Source: an uncultured Gemmatimonadales bacterium
GTDB taxonomy: Bacteria > Gemmatimonadota > Gemmatimonadetes > Gemmatimonadales > Gemmatimonadaceae
Assembly: GCA_963851265.1 (NCBI GenBank)
Contig: CAWKNZ010000001.1
Coordinates: forward strand, 64,001-128,000
Length of the DNA stretch: 64,000 nt
Direction: 5' to 3'
The position numbers and the translations under genes are program-made. Of the stretch, positions 38,444 to 49,533 are shown one piece after another (position 1 is the stretch's first letter; each line of letters starts with the position of its first letter). The notes under the pieces are model-generated. The model was not told the DNA's origin. It saw nothing but the letters and a program-made list of their open reading frames with translations, and did not search any database.

Positions 38444-39987
38444 CGGGGCGAGCGCGGCCCGCGCGCCGACTGCGGCCGGGGGCGGTGACCGTCGCCTGCC
38501 TGACGCTCGGCGCGGTGGCGGCGGTCGCGTCGCGCGCGACGCGGCGCGCGGCCCGGCCCGGGCACGCCGCCTTCGAGCCGTGCGTCGTGTGGGCGGTGCG
38601 CGAGGTCGGCCGCTGCGGCACGGTGGTCGTGCCGGAGGACCGCGACCGCGCCGCGCGCGACGCGCGCGACGGACAGGCGTACTCGGGGCGGACCATCCGG
38701 CTTCGGGTGGTCGTGCTCCGCGCCCGCGGGCGCGCGCCGTTCGGCGAACCCGTGGTGCTGCTCGCAGGCGGTCCGGGGCAGGGCGCGGCGACGGGCGCCG
38801 TGGCGTACGCAAACGAGATCCTCGGCGACCTGCGCGCGCGCCACGACGTCGTGCTCGCCGACCAGCGCGGCACGGGGCGGTCGAACCCGCTCGCCTGCGA
38901 CCTCGCCGGCAACGCCCTGCAAGCGCACGTCTCGCCGTCGTTCCCGCTCGACGCGGTGCGCCGCTGCCGCCTCGCGCTCGGACGCCTTGCGGACCTCACG
39001 CAGTACACGACCGCGCGCTCGGCCGACGACCTCGCCGACGTGCTCGACGCGTTGGGCGTCCGCCGCGCGCACGTGTTCGGGGTGTCGTACGGCGGGCGGC
39101 TGGCGCTCGCGTTGCTGCGCCGACACCCGGAGCGCGTGCGCACGACCGTCGTCCAGAGCGCCCCGCCCCCGGAGCGGGTGATCCCGCTCGCGGCGGCGGC
39201 CGCCGGGGCGCGCGCGTTCGCCGCGCGCGCGGCCGAGTGCCGCGCGGATGCCGCGTGCGCGGTCGCGGCGCCGGACCCGGACGGCGATCTGCGCCGGGTG
39301 CTCGACCACCTCGCCGCGCACCCGGTGCGGGTGTCGCGCTGGAACTGGCGTCGACTGCGGCGCGAGGCGGTGGTCGTGACGCGGCGCGCGTTCGCGGAGT
39401 TCAGCTGGTCGCGGCTCTACGGCGCGGGGGATGCGCGCGGGATGCTGGCCCTCACACACCGCGCCGCGCTCGGCCACTGGGACGAGTGGGTCGACGCGGC
39501 CGCGCAGCACGGGCGGTGGCGCGAGTACGCGCGCAGCCGCGGCCTCACGCTCAGCGTGCTCTGCACCGAGGACGCGCCCCGCATCGCGCGCGCGGACACG
39601 GCGCGCCTCGCGGCCGCGAGTCCGCTCGGCCTGCCGATCGCCGCGGAATTGGTGGCAGCATGCGCCGAATGGCCGCGCGGGCCGCTCGCGCCGTCCGACA
39701 CCCTGCCGGTGCGCGCGGACGCCCCGGTGCTGTTCCTCTCGGGCGCGCTCGACCCGGTGGTGCCGCCGGAGTGGGCCGACTCCGCGGCGGCGTTCCTCCC
39801 GGCCGCGTGGCGTCTCGTCGCGCCCGGACAGGGGCACGCGACGGCGGACGGGTGCGTGCGGGAGGCGATCGGCGCGTTCGTCGAACGCGGCGGGGCGGCC
39901 GCGGCGGCGGCCCCGTGCGTGAGGCGATGGACGGTCGAGCCGCCCGGCGCCGGCGGGTTGCTCGCGGACGGCCACGCGCGTCGGTAG
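38440..39987 (+). CDS. Alpha/beta hydrolase (TAP-like peptidase family)
   Basis: GTGA overlap; LAGGPGQG, DQRGTGRS, GVSYGG, DPVVPP, GQGH. Confidence 0.85.
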   Translation: MTGRARPARRLRPGAVTVACLTLGAVAAVASRATRRAARPGHAAFEPCVVWAVREVGRCGTVVVPEDRDRAARDARDGQAYSGRTIRLRVVVLRARGRAPFGEPVVLLAGGPGQGAATGAVAYANEILGDLRARHDVVLADQRGTGRSNPLACDLAGNALQAHVSPSFPLDAVRRCRLALGRLADLTQYTTARSADDLADVLDALGVRRAHVFGVSYGGRLALALLRRHPERVRTTVVQSAPPPERVIPLAAAAAGARAFAARAAECRADAACAVAAPDPDGDLRRVLDHLAAHPVRVSRWNWRRLRREAVVVTRRAFAEFSWSRLYGAGDARGMLALTHRAALGHWDEWVDAAAQHGRWREYARSRGLTLSVLCTEDAPRIARADTARLAAASPLGLPIAAELVAACAEWPRGPLAPSDTLPVRADAPVLFLSGALDPVVPPEWADSAAAFLPAAWRLVAPGQGHATADGCVREAIGAFVERGGAAAAAAPCVRRWTVEPPGAGGLLADGHARR

Positions 39988-40017
39988 GATATCCGCACAG
40001 CACCCACCCCGGCCGCC

Positions 40018-40293
40018 ATGCCACCCTCCGCCCTGCTCGACCAGATGGCCACGCGGCGCCGCGAGGAGGCGCGCGCCGCGGACCGCGATCGCACCCGCGA
40101 CTTCGTCCGCACGGGCCTGGAGTGCGTGGGCTGGTGCGCGATCGGGCTTTTGGGGATTGCCTGGGCGGTGCACACGACCGACGAGGCGCTCGGGACGATG
40201 GCGTTCTGGGGAGGGTTCGGGGTCGGGAACGGGGGCTGGCTGTTCTCGGTGTTGGGAGCGTATCGGAGGGGGGAGCGGCGCGGCGACTGGTAG
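40018..40293 (+). CDS. Small hypothetical membrane protein (2 TM)
   Basis: Two hydrophobic segments; fills the gap between genes. Confidence 0.6.
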   Translation: MPPSALLDQMATRRREEARAADRDRTRDFVRTGLECVGWCAIGLLGIAWAVHTTDEALGTMAFWGGFGVGNGGWLFSVLGAYRRGERRGDW

Positions 40294-40315
40294 GGACGGG
40301 CCGTTCCACCGGGCG

Positions 40316-40984
40316 TCATCCGTCCCGCCGGCCCAAGCCGGACCCTTCGACCCCCGCGTTCACGAACAACGCCTCGTGTCCGCGGCCCCCGACCCGCACC
40401 GCCGTCACCCCCGCGTGGTCCACCCGCATCCGGAATGCGGATTCCCGCGTCAGTCCGATCGCGTGCACCAGCAGCGCGCGGATGAACCCCGCGTGCGCCA
40501 CCGCGACCACGTCGTGTCCGTCCGCCCTCCCCGCCTCCGCGGCGTCGCGCAGCCACGCCCCCGCGCGCGCGACCACGTCGCCGAATCCTTCCCCTCCCGG
40601 CGTCCTGGCCTCCTGCCAGTCCGCCATCCACGCGCCTAACGCGACCCCGTCGTCGCGCTCCAGCTCCTCCCACGTGCGCCCGTCCCACCGCCCGAAGTGC
40701 ATCTCGCGCAGCCGGGGGTCGGTGCGGATCGGCGGCGCCATGCCCCAGCCCCCGGCGAGCAGTCGGGCGGACTCCCGCGCGCGCAGCAGGTCGCTCGACA
40801 TGAGGAGCGGCGGGCGGGGGAGTGTCCACGTCGCCGCGAGGCGGGCGAGCGCGTCGCGGCCGGCCGGCGCGAGCGGCAGGTCGGTGTGCCCCACGCAGCG
40901 CCCCTCTGCCCCCTGCGCCTCGCCGTGGCGGACGAGGTAGAGCGTGACGGGGGCGTCGACGGGAGCCGCTAACGGCGCAGCCAC
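40316..40984 (-). CDS. Histidine phosphatase (CobC-like alpha-ribazole phosphatase)
   Basis: LVRHGE, SSDLLRA, LREMHFGRWDG, PGGE, VAHAG; start at GTG 40984 uncertain. Confidence 0.8.
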   Translation of the reverse strand: MAAPLAAPVDAPVTLYLVRHGEAQGAEGRCVGHTDLPLAPAGRDALARLAATWTLPRPPLLMSSDLLRARESARLLAGGWGMAPPIRTDPRLREMHFGRWDGRTWEELERDDGVALGAWMADWQEARTPGGEGFGDVVARAGAWLRDAAEAGRADGHDVVAVAHAGFIRALLVHAIGLTRESAFRMRVDHAGVTAVRVGGRGHEALFVNAGVEGSGLGRRDG

Positions 40985-41757
40985 GCCGAGGCGAGCAGGA
41001 GGTACGTCGACAGCTCGACCATCTGGTTGGCCGCGCCGAGGCAGTCGCCGGTCATCCCGCCCAGGCGGCGGCGGAAGTAGCGGGCGGCGAGGGCCGTGAC
41101 CAGGGCGGCGAGGGCGACGGCCGCGGCGACCGCGGCCGCGCCTAACGGTACGAGCGCGGCGGCGGTGACGGCGAGCGCGGCGACGGTCCCCGCCGCGAGC
41201 CGCGGCGTGGTCACGCTCGCCGCGAACGGGCGACTCTTGGCGCCGGGCTCCTCGTCCGGGCGCACGTAGGGCAGTCCCCAGATCAGCGGCAGGCTCGACC
41301 AGCGGCCGAGGGCGTGCGCGGCGACCAGGGCGCGGACCGCCGTGCCCGCGTGCGCGTCGGCGACCGCGGCGACGGCGCCCACCTTGGCGAGCAGGGCGAG
41401 CCCGAGCCCGACCGCGCCGTACGACCCGATGCGGCTGTCCTTCATGATCGCGAGCACCTGCCGCTTGTCCCACCCCCCGCCGAAGCCGTCGCAGCTGTCG
41501 GCGAGGGCGTCCTCGTGGAACGCGCCCGTGAGCCACACCGTGGCCGCGGTCGAGAGTGCGGCCGCGACGAAGGGCGGCCAGACGCGTGCGGCGACCCAGA
41601 GGACCGCGCCGCCCGCGAGCCCGACGATCACACCGACGGCCGGGAAGTAGGCCGTCGAGCGCGCGAGGTGCGCGGGATCGTAGCCCACCCAGCGCGGGAC
41701 CGGAATCCGCGTGAGGAACATGACCGCGGTCAAGAAGACGCGGAGCTCGTCGATCAC
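40969..41757 (-). CDS. cobS: Adenosylcobinamide-GDP ribazoletransferase (cobalamin synthase)
   Basis: FLTRIP, TGAFHEDALADSCDG, IMKDSRIGSYG, GGMTGDCLGA. Confidence 0.95.
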   Translation of the reverse strand: MIDELRVFLTAVMFLTRIPVPRWVGYDPAHLARSTAYFPAVGVIVGLAGGAVLWVAARVWPPFVAAALSTAATVWLTGAFHEDALADSCDGFGGGWDKRQVLAIMKDSRIGSYGAVGLGLALLAKVGAVAAVADAHAGTAVRALVAAHALGRWSSLPLIWGLPYVRPDEEPGAKSRPFAASVTTPRLAAGTVAALAVTAAALVPLGAAAVAAAVALAALVTALAARYFRRRLGGMTGDCLGAANQMVELSTYLLLASAWLRR

Positions 41758-42422
41758 GGGCGGCAGTCGAGCAGCACCGCCGACGCGTTGGGCTGCGCGA
41801 CGGACCAGAAGGCGGCAGGCGGGAGGCCGCGGGCGTGGAGCAGGATGACGCGGTTGACGTGGCCGTGGGCGAACACGACGATCGTGCGGCCGGGGTGCGC
41901 GCCGACCAGTTGGTCCCAGGCGGGGATCACGCGCGCGGCGAGCGCGTCGAGCGATTCGCCGCCGGGCGGGGCCACGCTCCAGGGGTCGGCGTTCCACCGG
42001 GCGTCGAGGTCGGGCCAGCGCGCCCGGCGCTCGTCGGGCGCGACGCCTTCCCACGCGCCGTAGCCGAATTCCCCGAACGCCGGGACGAGTTCGACGCGGA
42101 GCGGACCGCCGTCCGGACGACCGGCCGCGCCGCGCCCGGCGAGGACGAGGTCGGCGGTCTCGCGCGCGCGGGCGAGCGGCGACGTGTAGGCGGCGTCGAA
42201 GGCGACCGGGGCGAGGCGTGCGGCGAGCGCGAGCGCTTGCGCGCGTCCGCGCGGCGAGAGCGGCACGTCGCGCGAGCCCTGGTAAACGCCGCGCGCGTTC
42301 CAGTCCGTCTCGCCGTGCCGGACGAGCACGGCGCGCGTGCGCGCGGCGCCGCGCACGACCTCCCACGTTTCTGCGGGCCCGGGGCCCGCGACGGCGCCCA
42401 CCGTGGCCCCGGGCGCGCTCAC
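41754..42422 (-). CDS. Second histidine phosphatase (CobC-like)
   Basis: LVRHGETDWN, SPLARARETA, GAWEG, PGGES, AHG. Confidence 0.85.
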   Translation of the reverse strand: MSAPGATVGAVAGPGPAETWEVVRGAARTRAVLVRHGETDWNARGVYQGSRDVPLSPRGRAQALALAARLAPVAFDAAYTSPLARARETADLVLAGRGAAGRPDGGPLRVELVPAFGEFGYGAWEGVAPDERRARWPDLDARWNADPWSVAPPGGESLDALAARVIPAWDQLVGAHPGRTIVVFAHGHVNRVILLHARGLPPAAFWSVAQPNASAVLLDCRP

Positions 42423-43063
42423 AGCTCGATGCCGGGCTGCGCGCCAATACCCTGGTCGGCGTAGGGGTGCTTGACGACGCGCATCTCCGTGACGAGGTCG
42501 GCCGCGGTGACGAGTGCCTCGGGCGCGTCGCGTCCGGTGATCACCACGTGGGTGCCCACGGGCCGCGCGCGGATGGCGGCGAGCACCTCGCCGACGTCGA
42601 GCCAGCCGTAGTTGAAGGCGTAGGTCATCTCGTCGAAGATGAGCACGTCGAACTCGCCGCCGGCGAGCGCGGCCCGGCACCGCTCCCACCCCGCCTCGGC
42701 GAGGGCGCGGTCGGCGGCGATGTCGTCCGAGAGCCAGGTGAAGCCGTCGCCTAACGGCACGATTTCGACGCCGAGGCGGGCGGCGGCGACGTGCTCGCCG
42801 TAGGGGTTGGCGGCGCTCTTGATGAACTGGAACATCGCCACCCGCATGTCGCGCCCGGCGGCGCGGAGGAGCAGGCCGAGCGCGGCGGTCGTCTTGCCCT
42901 TGCCGTGGCCGGTGTTGACGATGAGCAACCCGTGGCGCCGCTCGCGCGGGGGGACGCGGTACGGGCCGGGCCGCTTCTGTTTGGGGCGCGGCGCGCGGCG
43001 CCCCGCGGGCGTGGTCGCCGCGGCGTCGGCGGGCGGGGTCGAGGGGTCGTTCGGGTCAGCCAC
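42419..43063 (-). CDS. cobO: Cob(I)yrinic acid a,c-diamide adenosyltransferase
   Basis: TGHGKGKTTAALG, QFIK, FDE, TGR, ADLVTEM..VKHP. Confidence 0.95.
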   Translation of the reverse strand: MADPNDPSTPPADAAATTPAGRRAPRPKQKRPGPYRVPPRERRHGLLIVNTGHGKGKTTAALGLLLRAAGRDMRVAMFQFIKSAANPYGEHVAAARLGVEIVPLGDGFTWLSDDIAADRALAEAGWERCRAALAGGEFDVLIFDEMTYAFNYGWLDVGEVLAAIRARPVGTHVVITGRDAPEALVTAADLVTEMRVVKHPYADQGIGAQPGIEL

Positions 43064-44204
43064 GGTCGGCGGTCGAAGAGGGGGGGGCCTGCGGCGCGTC
43101 GGTGCGCGCGCGGCGGTCGGCGCCGCCGAGCGCGTCGCCGAGCGCGTCGGCGAGTGCGTCGGCGAGGCGCGCGTTCTCGGGCGGCGTGCGCGCGGCCACG
43201 CGCACGTGGGCGGGGAGCCCGAACGAGGCGCAGTCGCGCACGCGCAGCGCGTGGCGGTCGCGCAGCGCGCGCGTCAGCCGCGCGCCGGCGCCCGCGTCGT
43301 CGCCGGCGCGCAGCAGGAAGTAGTGTACGTCGGACGGCACGTCGCACGCGGGCGCGAAGGTGGCGCGGAGCACGGCCGCGGCGTCGCGCAGCAGGGCCGC
43401 CGTGCGGCGCGCGTGTTCGAGCGCCCCGGGGGTGCACGCGGCGACGGCCGCGGCCTGCGCCGCGGTCGAGACGCCCCACGGCATCCGCGCCCGATCAAGC
43501 GCGGCGACGGCCTCCGCGGTTCCCGCGGCGTAGCCGACGCGCACGCCGGCCAGCGCGTGGTCCTTGGTGAGCGAGCGCAGGTGTAGCACCGCGGGGTGTC
43601 CGGGCAGCGCGGGCGTGCCTAACGGCTCGCGCGCGAACGCGTCGAACGACTGGTCGAGGACGAGCCGCGCGCCCGCCGCGGCGCACGCGTCGGCGACCTC
43701 CCGCACGGCCGCGAGCGGCCACGCGCGCCCGGTCGGGCTCTCGGGGGTGCACAGGAAGGCGACGCGCGGGCGCTCCGCGGCAACCGCCTCGGCGAACGGC
43801 TGCCCGCGCGCGGGGGTCACCACGCGCGCGCCCGCGAGTTCGGCGGCGCGCGCGTACTCGCCGAACGCGTGACGCGGAACGAGCACGCCGGCGTCGCCCC
43901 GCCCGTCGCCGCCGCGCGCGAACGCGAGTGTGGCGGCGAGGATCAGCTCCGCCGCGCCGGCGCCCACCGCCACGCAGTTCTCGGCCACGCCCGCGTGGGC
44001 GGCCAGCGCGGCGCGGGCCGCGCCGCACGTCGGGTCGGGGTACGCGGCGAGGCGCGCGGGGGCGGTCGCGGCCCGGACCGCCTCGACGACGACGTCGGCG
44101 GGGCCGTACGCGTTGACCGAGGTGGAGAAGTCGGCCCACACGGGACGCAGGTGCTCGTCCCCCGACGGACCGCCGTGTGCGACGCGCCCGGGGGTGACGC
44201 TCAC
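43056..44204 (-). CDS. cobD: Threonine-phosphate decarboxylase (PLP class I/II aminotransferase fold)
   Basis: HGG, DFSTSVN, YPD, P.SPTG, DQSF, LRSLTKDHALAGVRVGY; in the cob operon. Confidence 0.8.
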   Translation of the reverse strand: MSVTPGRVAHGGPSGDEHLRPVWADFSTSVNAYGPADVVVEAVRAATAPARLAAYPDPTCGAARAALAAHAGVAENCVAVGAGAAELILAATLAFARGGDGRGDAGVLVPRHAFGEYARAAELAGARVVTPARGQPFAEAVAAERPRVAFLCTPESPTGRAWPLAAVREVADACAAAGARLVLDQSFDAFAREPLGTPALPGHPAVLHLRSLTKDHALAGVRVGYAAGTAEAVAALDRARMPWGVSTAAQAAAVAACTPGALEHARRTAALLRDAAAVLRATFAPACDVPSDVHYFLLRAGDDAGAGARLTRALRDRHALRVRDCASFGLPAHVRVAARTPPENARLADALADALGDALGGADRRARTDAPQAPPSSTADRG

Positions 44205-44211
44205 GCGACCG

Positions 44212-45189
44212 TCACCGGCGACGACCCTCGAGTGCGACGGCGGCCGCAGCCGCGAGCGCGACCGCGGCGCCGACCACGCGCCGCGCGCGGGCGAGGTCGC
44301 CCGCCACCGGCGCGCGGCCGGCCGCGTGCAGCACGTACAGCCGGCCGGCGCCGTCGGCTGCCGCGCCGCGCTTGTCGAGCCGCACGCCGAGCGCGCCGGC
44401 CATCGCCGCCATCGGCCAGCCGGCGTTGGGGCTCGGCGTGCGCCGGGCGTCGGCGCGGGCGGCGCCTAACGCCCGACGGGTGGACCCGCCGCCCGCGGGG
44501 GCGGCGAGCGCGACGAGCAGGGCGGCGAGCCGCGCCGGCGCGAGGTTGAGCGCGTCGTCCGCGCGCGCCGCCGCCTTGCCGAACCATTCGAGCTCGGGCG
44601 TGCGGTAGCCGAGCATGGCGTCGGCGGTGTTCACGAAGCGGTGGGCGTAGGCGAGCGCGAGTCCGCCGGCCGCGTGCGCGAGGAGCGGTGCGACCACGCC
44701 GTCGCCCAGATTCTCGGCGAGCGACTCGATCGCCGCGCCGGCCACCTCGGACGCCGTGAGGTGCGCGGTGTCGCGCGAGACGAGGTGCCACGCGAGCAGT
44801 CGCCGCGCCTCGGGGAGGTCGCCGCGGCCGAGGGCGCGCTCCACCGCGCCGCCGGCCGCGAGCAGCGCGCGCACGGCGAACGCGGGCTTGAGCAGGAGCC
44901 CGCCGAGCGCCGTGCGGAGCCGCGCGTCGGGCACCCGCGCGAGCGCCCGCTCGGCGAGGAGCCCGGCCGCGCCCGCGGCCAGCGCGCCCGCGCCTAACGT
45001 CGCCGCGCCCGCGATCAGGGCGGCCGCCGGCGACCGGCGCGCGCCGGCGTGCCACGCGCGCGCGCGGCCGAGTGGGCGCCCCATCCAGACCGTCGGGTGG
45101 AGCGCGTTCGGCGGCTCGCCGAGGACGATGTCGGCCGCGAGGGCCGCGGCGACGCGCGCCGCGCGTCGCGGCGGAGGAGAAACGATCAG
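44212..45189 (-). CDS. cbiB: Adenosylcobinamide-phosphate synthase (start codon unclear, CTG inferred)
   Basis: GEP...[45 protein letters not shown]. Confidence 0.9.
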   Translation of the reverse strand: MIVSPPPRRAARVAAALAADIVLGEPPNALHPTVWMGRPLGRARAWHAGARRSPAAALIAGAATLGAGALAAGAAGLLAERALARVPDARLRTALGGLLLKPAFAVRALLAAGGAVERALGRGDLPEARRLLAWHLVSRDTAHLTASEVAGAAIESLAENLGDGVVAPLLAHAAGGLALAYAHRFVNTADAMLGYRTPELEWFGKAAARADDALNLAPARLAALLVALAAPAGGGSTRRALGAARADARRTPSPNAGWPMAAMAGALGVRLDKRGAAADGAGRLYVLHAAGRAPVAGDLARARRVVGAAVALAAAAAVALEGRRR

Positions 45190-46277
45190 AACGTGCGAAT
45201 CTGGATGTCGGACGGCCCCGCGCCGACCGCGACGCTGTCGCGCAGCGCGAACGTGCCCGCGCTGTAGACGAACACCTGCGGGGCGAGCGCCGGATTTGCG
45301 CTGCCGAAGAACACCTGGTACAGCGAGCCGTCGGTGGTCGCCGCGGCGCCGAACGCGCCGCGGCACGTGCCCGTGGTCCCGATCGGGGCGCACACCGGGT
45401 TGGACGGGCCGCGCACGAACTGGCGCGTGGCCGTGTTCCACACGAGCGTGCCGAAGTAGTAGCCCGAGACGTAGGCGAGGCCGTTGGCGTCGATCGTGAT
45501 CCCGCCGGGTCCGACGCCCATCCCCGGGACGGTGGTCTCGAGGGCCATCGTCGTCGGGTTGATCACCCCGAGGCTCCCCGGCGTCACGTAGTCGCCGGTG
45601 TTGACGACGTAGATCTTGCCGTCCGGGCCCACCGCGGCGGAGGTCGCGTTCGTGCCGCCGGTCGACACCGTGCCGGTGACCGTCATCGTCGCCGGGTCGA
45701 TCGCCGTCACGATGCTGTTGCCGATCGGGGCGTAGCTGGCGTTGAGGTTGCCCGAGACGACGAAGACGCGGTTGGCGGCTACCACCACCTCGGTCGGCGC
45801 CGGCGCGACGCCGACGGTGGTGGTGATCGCGTCGCCGGTTTGGCCGACGCGGAAGCGGCCGACGGTGTTGTTGCCCGTGTTGGCCGCGACGACGGTGCTG
45901 TCGTCCACCCACGCCGAGCCCGTCGCGTTGCCGGACGCGAAGGTGAAGAAGCGCTTCACGGTCCCGCCCGCGAGGTCGACGAGCGCGACGCTCGCCGCGT
46001 CGCCGAGCGGCACGGCGGCGCTGCGGCCCCGGAGCGAGAGGCTGACCGGCGTCACCGTGCTGCTGCTGCCTAACGGAATGGTCTGCGTGGTCGTCGGGCT
46101 GCCGAGCTGGAAGAGCGTGAGCGCGTGCCCCGTCGAGTTGACGACGACGCCGATCTGGTGGTTGCTGGAAGTGCCGCCGAGGAACCCGGGGGCGACCGGG
46201 TTGGTGACGGAGTCGCTGCTGCACCCCGCGGCGGCCAGCACGAGGAATGCGGCGGCGGGGCGGACGGAAGTGTGCAC
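45186..46277 (-). CDS. YncE/BtuG-like beta-propeller lipoprotein
   Basis: AAGC lipobox; repeated propeller blades (V..ID..T..V); follows the TonB receptor in a B12 operon. Confidence 0.7.
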   Translation of the reverse strand: MHTSVRPAAAFLVLAAAGCSSDSVTNPVAPGFLGGTSSNHQIGVVVNSTGHALTLFQLGSPTTTQTIPLGSSSTVTPVSLSLRGRSAAVPLGDAASVALVDLAGGTVKRFFTFASGNATGSAWVDDSTVVAANTGNNTVGRFRVGQTGDAITTTVGVAPAPTEVVVAANRVFVVSGNLNASYAPIGNSIVTAIDPATMTVTGTVSTGGTNATSAAVGPDGKIYVVNTGDYVTPGSLGVINPTTMALETTVPGMGVGPGGITIDANGLAYVSGYYFGTLVWNTATRQFVRGPSNPVCAPIGTTGTCRGAFGAAATTDGSLYQVFFGSANPALAPQVFVYSAGTFALRDSVAVGAGPSDIQIRTF

Positions 46278-46300
46278 GGGCGTTGGGTGGAGTGGAGAGG

Positions 46301-48619
46301 TCAGGGACGCACGGCGCCGCGCCGCAGGCGGAGCGCGACGCTCCACGTGCGGCCGGGGAACGGGTAGTCGATCAGCATCGCGGCCGACCGGTCGAAGAGG
46401 TTCTCGACGCCGGCGGTCGCGTCGAGCGCCCAGCCGCTGGCCGCGTTAGGCCGGGCGACGGGCACCGCCAGTCGCGCGTCGGTGCGCCAGTAGGGCGCGA
46501 GCGAGTTCACGGCGTAGCCCGGGACGGTGCGGCGCTCGCCGACGTAGCGCGCGACGACGTCGACGCGCGTGCCGGCGGGGGCGAGGCGCGGCACGAGCGC
46601 GCCGCCCGAGACGCTCGCCGTCGTGCGCGGGCGGTAGACGACCTGCCCGCCGAGCACCGGCCCGGCGTAGGTCACGTCGGCGCGGGCGAGGGCGCCCCGC
46701 ACGTCGACGCCTAACGCGGGGAGGGCGGCGCGCACGGTGCCCTCGCGGCCGGCGCGGCGCACGTCGTAGTTGGTCGGGCTCCAGACGAAGCGGTAGTCCG
46801 GCATCCAGAGGATCATCCCGTCGACGTCGGCGCGGTACGCGCTCCCCTCCGCGTCGATCCGCGCGGGGCCGACCGGGAGGTCGCGCACGGCGGCGTGGGC
46901 CTCCCGCTCGCCGCGCACGCGTTCGGGGCGGAGGTCGGGGTTGGGGCGCACGAGCACGCCCTCGTGGAAGAACTGGTCGGCCAGCGTCGGCGACGAGAAC
47001 GACGAGCTGACCGAGCCGCCGAGCGAGACCCGCCCCGCGGTGAGGGCGAGCCCGGCCCGCGGCGACGCGACCGTGCCGGCGACGAGCGAGTTGCGGTCGA
47101 GCCGCGCGCCGGCATCGGCGGAGAGTTCGAGCGGCGCGCCGAGCACGCGGCCCGCCGTGCGTGCGAGACGGAGCGCGCCCCACGTGCCGAGCTGGCGCTG
47201 GTTCCCCGGCGCGCCGTCGGCCAGCTCGTTCGACCGCATGCGGTAGAGGCGGCCTTCCGCCCCGAGTTCGGCGGTCGCAGCGGCGAATCGGGCGTGCAGC
47301 GGCGCGGTCACGCCCCCCGTCGCGACCGCGGAGCGTGCGTCGACCGCGTCGTCGTACGCGGCGCCGAACGGCGGGGTCGGGTCGGCGAACGCGGCGCGCT
47401 CGCGGGCGAGCGACGCCGACCCCGTCCACGTGACGCGCTCGCCCGTCCACCGGCCGTCGAGCGCGGCCGTCGTGCGGTCGCCCGACTCGCGCCCGCTGAG
47501 CGACGGCTGCACTATGGAGCCGACGAGCCCGCGGGCGCTCTCCTGCCAGGTGGCGCGCGCGCGCAACGAGCCGCGGTCGCCGTCGAGCGCGGCGGTCCCG
47601 ACGAGGTCGCTGACGCGCGCGTCCGCGTTCTCGCGCCGCGCGGTGCCGCCGCCGCGCTCGGGCGGAACGTCGTACGAGAAGTCCCCGCGCTCGCTCCGTC
47701 GGTCGGCGGTGAACGACCCGCTCAGCCGCCGCGTGTCGCCGCGTGCGGCGCCGTCTGCCGCGCCGCCGTCCGCCGTGCCGAGTTCGCGCGTGCCGCCCAC
47801 CGCCAGTCCGGCGTCCCGTTCCCCCCACGCGCCCGTGCGCGCCGTGACCGACGCCTCGCGCTCCACGCGGCGCGTCTCGACGAGGATCACGCCGCCTAAC
47901 GCGCGGTCGCCGTAGCGCGCCGACTGCGAGCCCGGCAGCACGGTGACGCGCTCGACGGCGTCGAGCGAGAGGCGCGACAGGTCGGCGTCGCCGGTGATCG
48001 TCGAGTTGAGCGGCACGCCGTCGACGAGCACGAGCACCTCGCCCGCGCTCGACCCGCGGATCGAGGCGTGGGCGGGCGCGCCCGGCCCGCCGGCCTGCGT
48101 GACCACCACGCCGGGCGTCGCCTGCAGCAGCTCGCCCACGTCGCGCCGTCCCGAGCGCTCGATCGTTGGACGGTCGAACACGGCCGCGCCGGGCGCGTCG
48201 GCGGGGCGCCGGGCGTCGACGCGCACGGCGGCGAGCCGCCGCGCGGCGGCCTGCAGCGTCACGCGCACGACCTCCGCCCGCCCGTTGGCGATCGCGACGG
48301 CCACGTCGCGCGGCGCGTAGCCGAGCGCGCGGACGCGGAGCGCGTGCGCGCTCGGGTCGAGTCCGCGGAGCACGAAGGTGCCGTCCTCCGCGGTCGCGGC
48401 AGCCGCACCGGCGTCGTCCGCCTCGACCCGTGCGCCCGGGACGGGCCGTCCGGTGCGCCCGTCGACCACGCGCCCGCGCACCTCGCCCGGGACCTGTGCG
48501 CGCGCCGCACAGGGTGCGGCCGCCAGCGCCACGGCCAGCGTTGCGACGCGTGTGGCACCCGGCGTGGCGACCCGTGTGGCCGCCGGCGCGACGCGCGGCC
48601 CGCGCCTCCCCGCGTTCAC
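46301..48619 (-). CDS. TonB-dependent receptor, probably for cobalamin (BtuB-like)
   Basis: N-terminal CarboxypepD_reg-like domain; plug [38 protein letters not shown]-terminal ENLFD...YPFPGR. Confidence 0.88.
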   Translation of the reverse strand: MNAGRRGPRVAPAATRVATPGATRVATLAVALAAAPCAARAQVPGEVRGRVVDGRTGRPVPGARVEADDAGAAAATAEDGTFVLRGLDPSAHALRVRALGYAPRDVAVAIANGRAEVVRVTLQAAARRLAAVRVDARRPADAPGAAVFDRPTIERSGRRDVGELLQATPGVVVTQAGGPGAPAHASIRGSSAGEVLVLVDGVPLNSTITGDADLSRLSLDAVERVTVLPGSQSARYGDRALGGVILVETRRVEREASVTARTGAWGERDAGLAVGGTRELGTADGGAADGAARGDTRRLSGSFTADRRSERGDFSYDVPPERGGGTARRENADARVSDLVGTAALDGDRGSLRARATWQESARGLVGSIVQPSLSGRESGDRTTAALDGRWTGERVTWTGSASLARERAAFADPTPPFGAAYDDAVDARSAVATGGVTAPLHARFAAATAELGAEGRLYRMRSNELADGAPGNQRQLGTWGALRLARTAGRVLGAPLELSADAGARLDRNSLVAGTVASPRAGLALTAGRVSLGGSVSSSFSSPTLADQFFHEGVLVRPNPDLRPERVRGEREAHAAVRDLPVGPARIDAEGSAYRADVDGMILWMPDYRFVWSPTNYDVRRAGREGTVRAALPALGVDVRGALARADVTYAGPVLGGQVVYRPRTTASVSGGALVPRLAPAGTRVDVVARYVGERRTVPGYAVNSLAPYWRTDARLAVPVARPNAASGWALDATAGVENLFDRSAAMLIDYPFPGRTWSVALRLRRGAVRP

Positions 48620-49533
48620 GATGCGGCCCCCTCGAGCGGCACGACCTGCGGCGCCGCGTGCGCGCGCCCGCCGTGCCCGAAGGGCGCCACCTCCACCGGC
48701 CAGCCATACACCTGCGACACGCGCGCCGCGGTGAGCACCTCCGCGGGCGCGCCGTCCGCGGCCACCCGCCCCGCGTGCATGAGCACGAGCCGGTCGGCGT
48801 AGCGGGCCGCGAGGTTGAGGTTGTGCGTGACGAGCAGCACCGTGGTGCCCGCGTCGGCGAGCGTGCGGGCGAGGCCGAAGAAGGTCATCTCGTGCGCGAG
48901 GTCCAGCGCCGCGGTCGGCTCGTCGAGGGCGAGGGCGGCGCCCGGGGCGGGCTCGGCCGAGGCGTCTCGCGCGACCTGCGCGAGCGCGCGCGCCAGTCGC
49001 GCCCGCTGCCGCTCGCCGCCGCTCAGCGTGGCCACCGCCCGCTCGGCGAACGGGCGCATGCCGACGCGCGCGATCGCGGCGTCGACCACCGCGCGGTCGG
49101 CGGGGCGCGCGGACTCCCACCGGCCGAGGTGGGGGTAGCGGCCCATCTCGACGAGGGCGCGCACGGTGAGCGGGAAGGCGAACTCCTCGCCCTGCGGCAC
49201 GACGCCGACGCGCCGCGCCAGCTCGGCGCGCGGCCACGCGCCCAACGGCGTGCCCGCGAACGCCGCCGTGCCGCTGGCGGGGGCGAGGGTGCCCAGCAGG
49301 AGGGCGAGCAGCGTCGACTTGCCCGCGCCGTTGGGGCCGAGCACGGCCGTCAGGCGTGCGGCGGGCACGTCGAGCGTGACGTCGTCCACGGCAGCGCGCT
49401 CGGCGCCGGGGTGGCGATAGGTGACGCGCTCCGCGGTCCAGCCGGCGGCCGGGACGTCCGGCGCGGCCCGGACCGCGTTGGGCGACGCGTCGGGCGACGC
49501 GTTGTGGAACGCGGCGGTCGGCGGCGACGTCAC
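48616..49533 (-). CDS. ABC transporter ATP-binding protein (BtuD/HmuV-like)
   Basis: GPNGAGKST, LSGGERQR, LDEPT. Confidence 0.92.
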   Translation of the reverse strand: MTSPPTAAFHNASPDASPNAVRAAPDVPAAGWTAERVTYRHPGAERAAVDDVTLDVPAARLTAVLGPNGAGKSTLLALLLGTLAPASGTAAFAGTPLGAWPRAELARRVGVVPQGEEFAFPLTVRALVEMGRYPHLGRWESARPADRAVVDAAIARVGMRPFAERAVATLSGGERQRARLARALAQVARDASAEPAPGAALALDEPTAALDLAHEMTFFGLARTLADAGTTVLLVTHNLNLAARYADRLVLMHAGRVAADGAPAEVLTAARVSQVYGWPVEVAPFGHGGRAHAAPQVVPLEGAAS

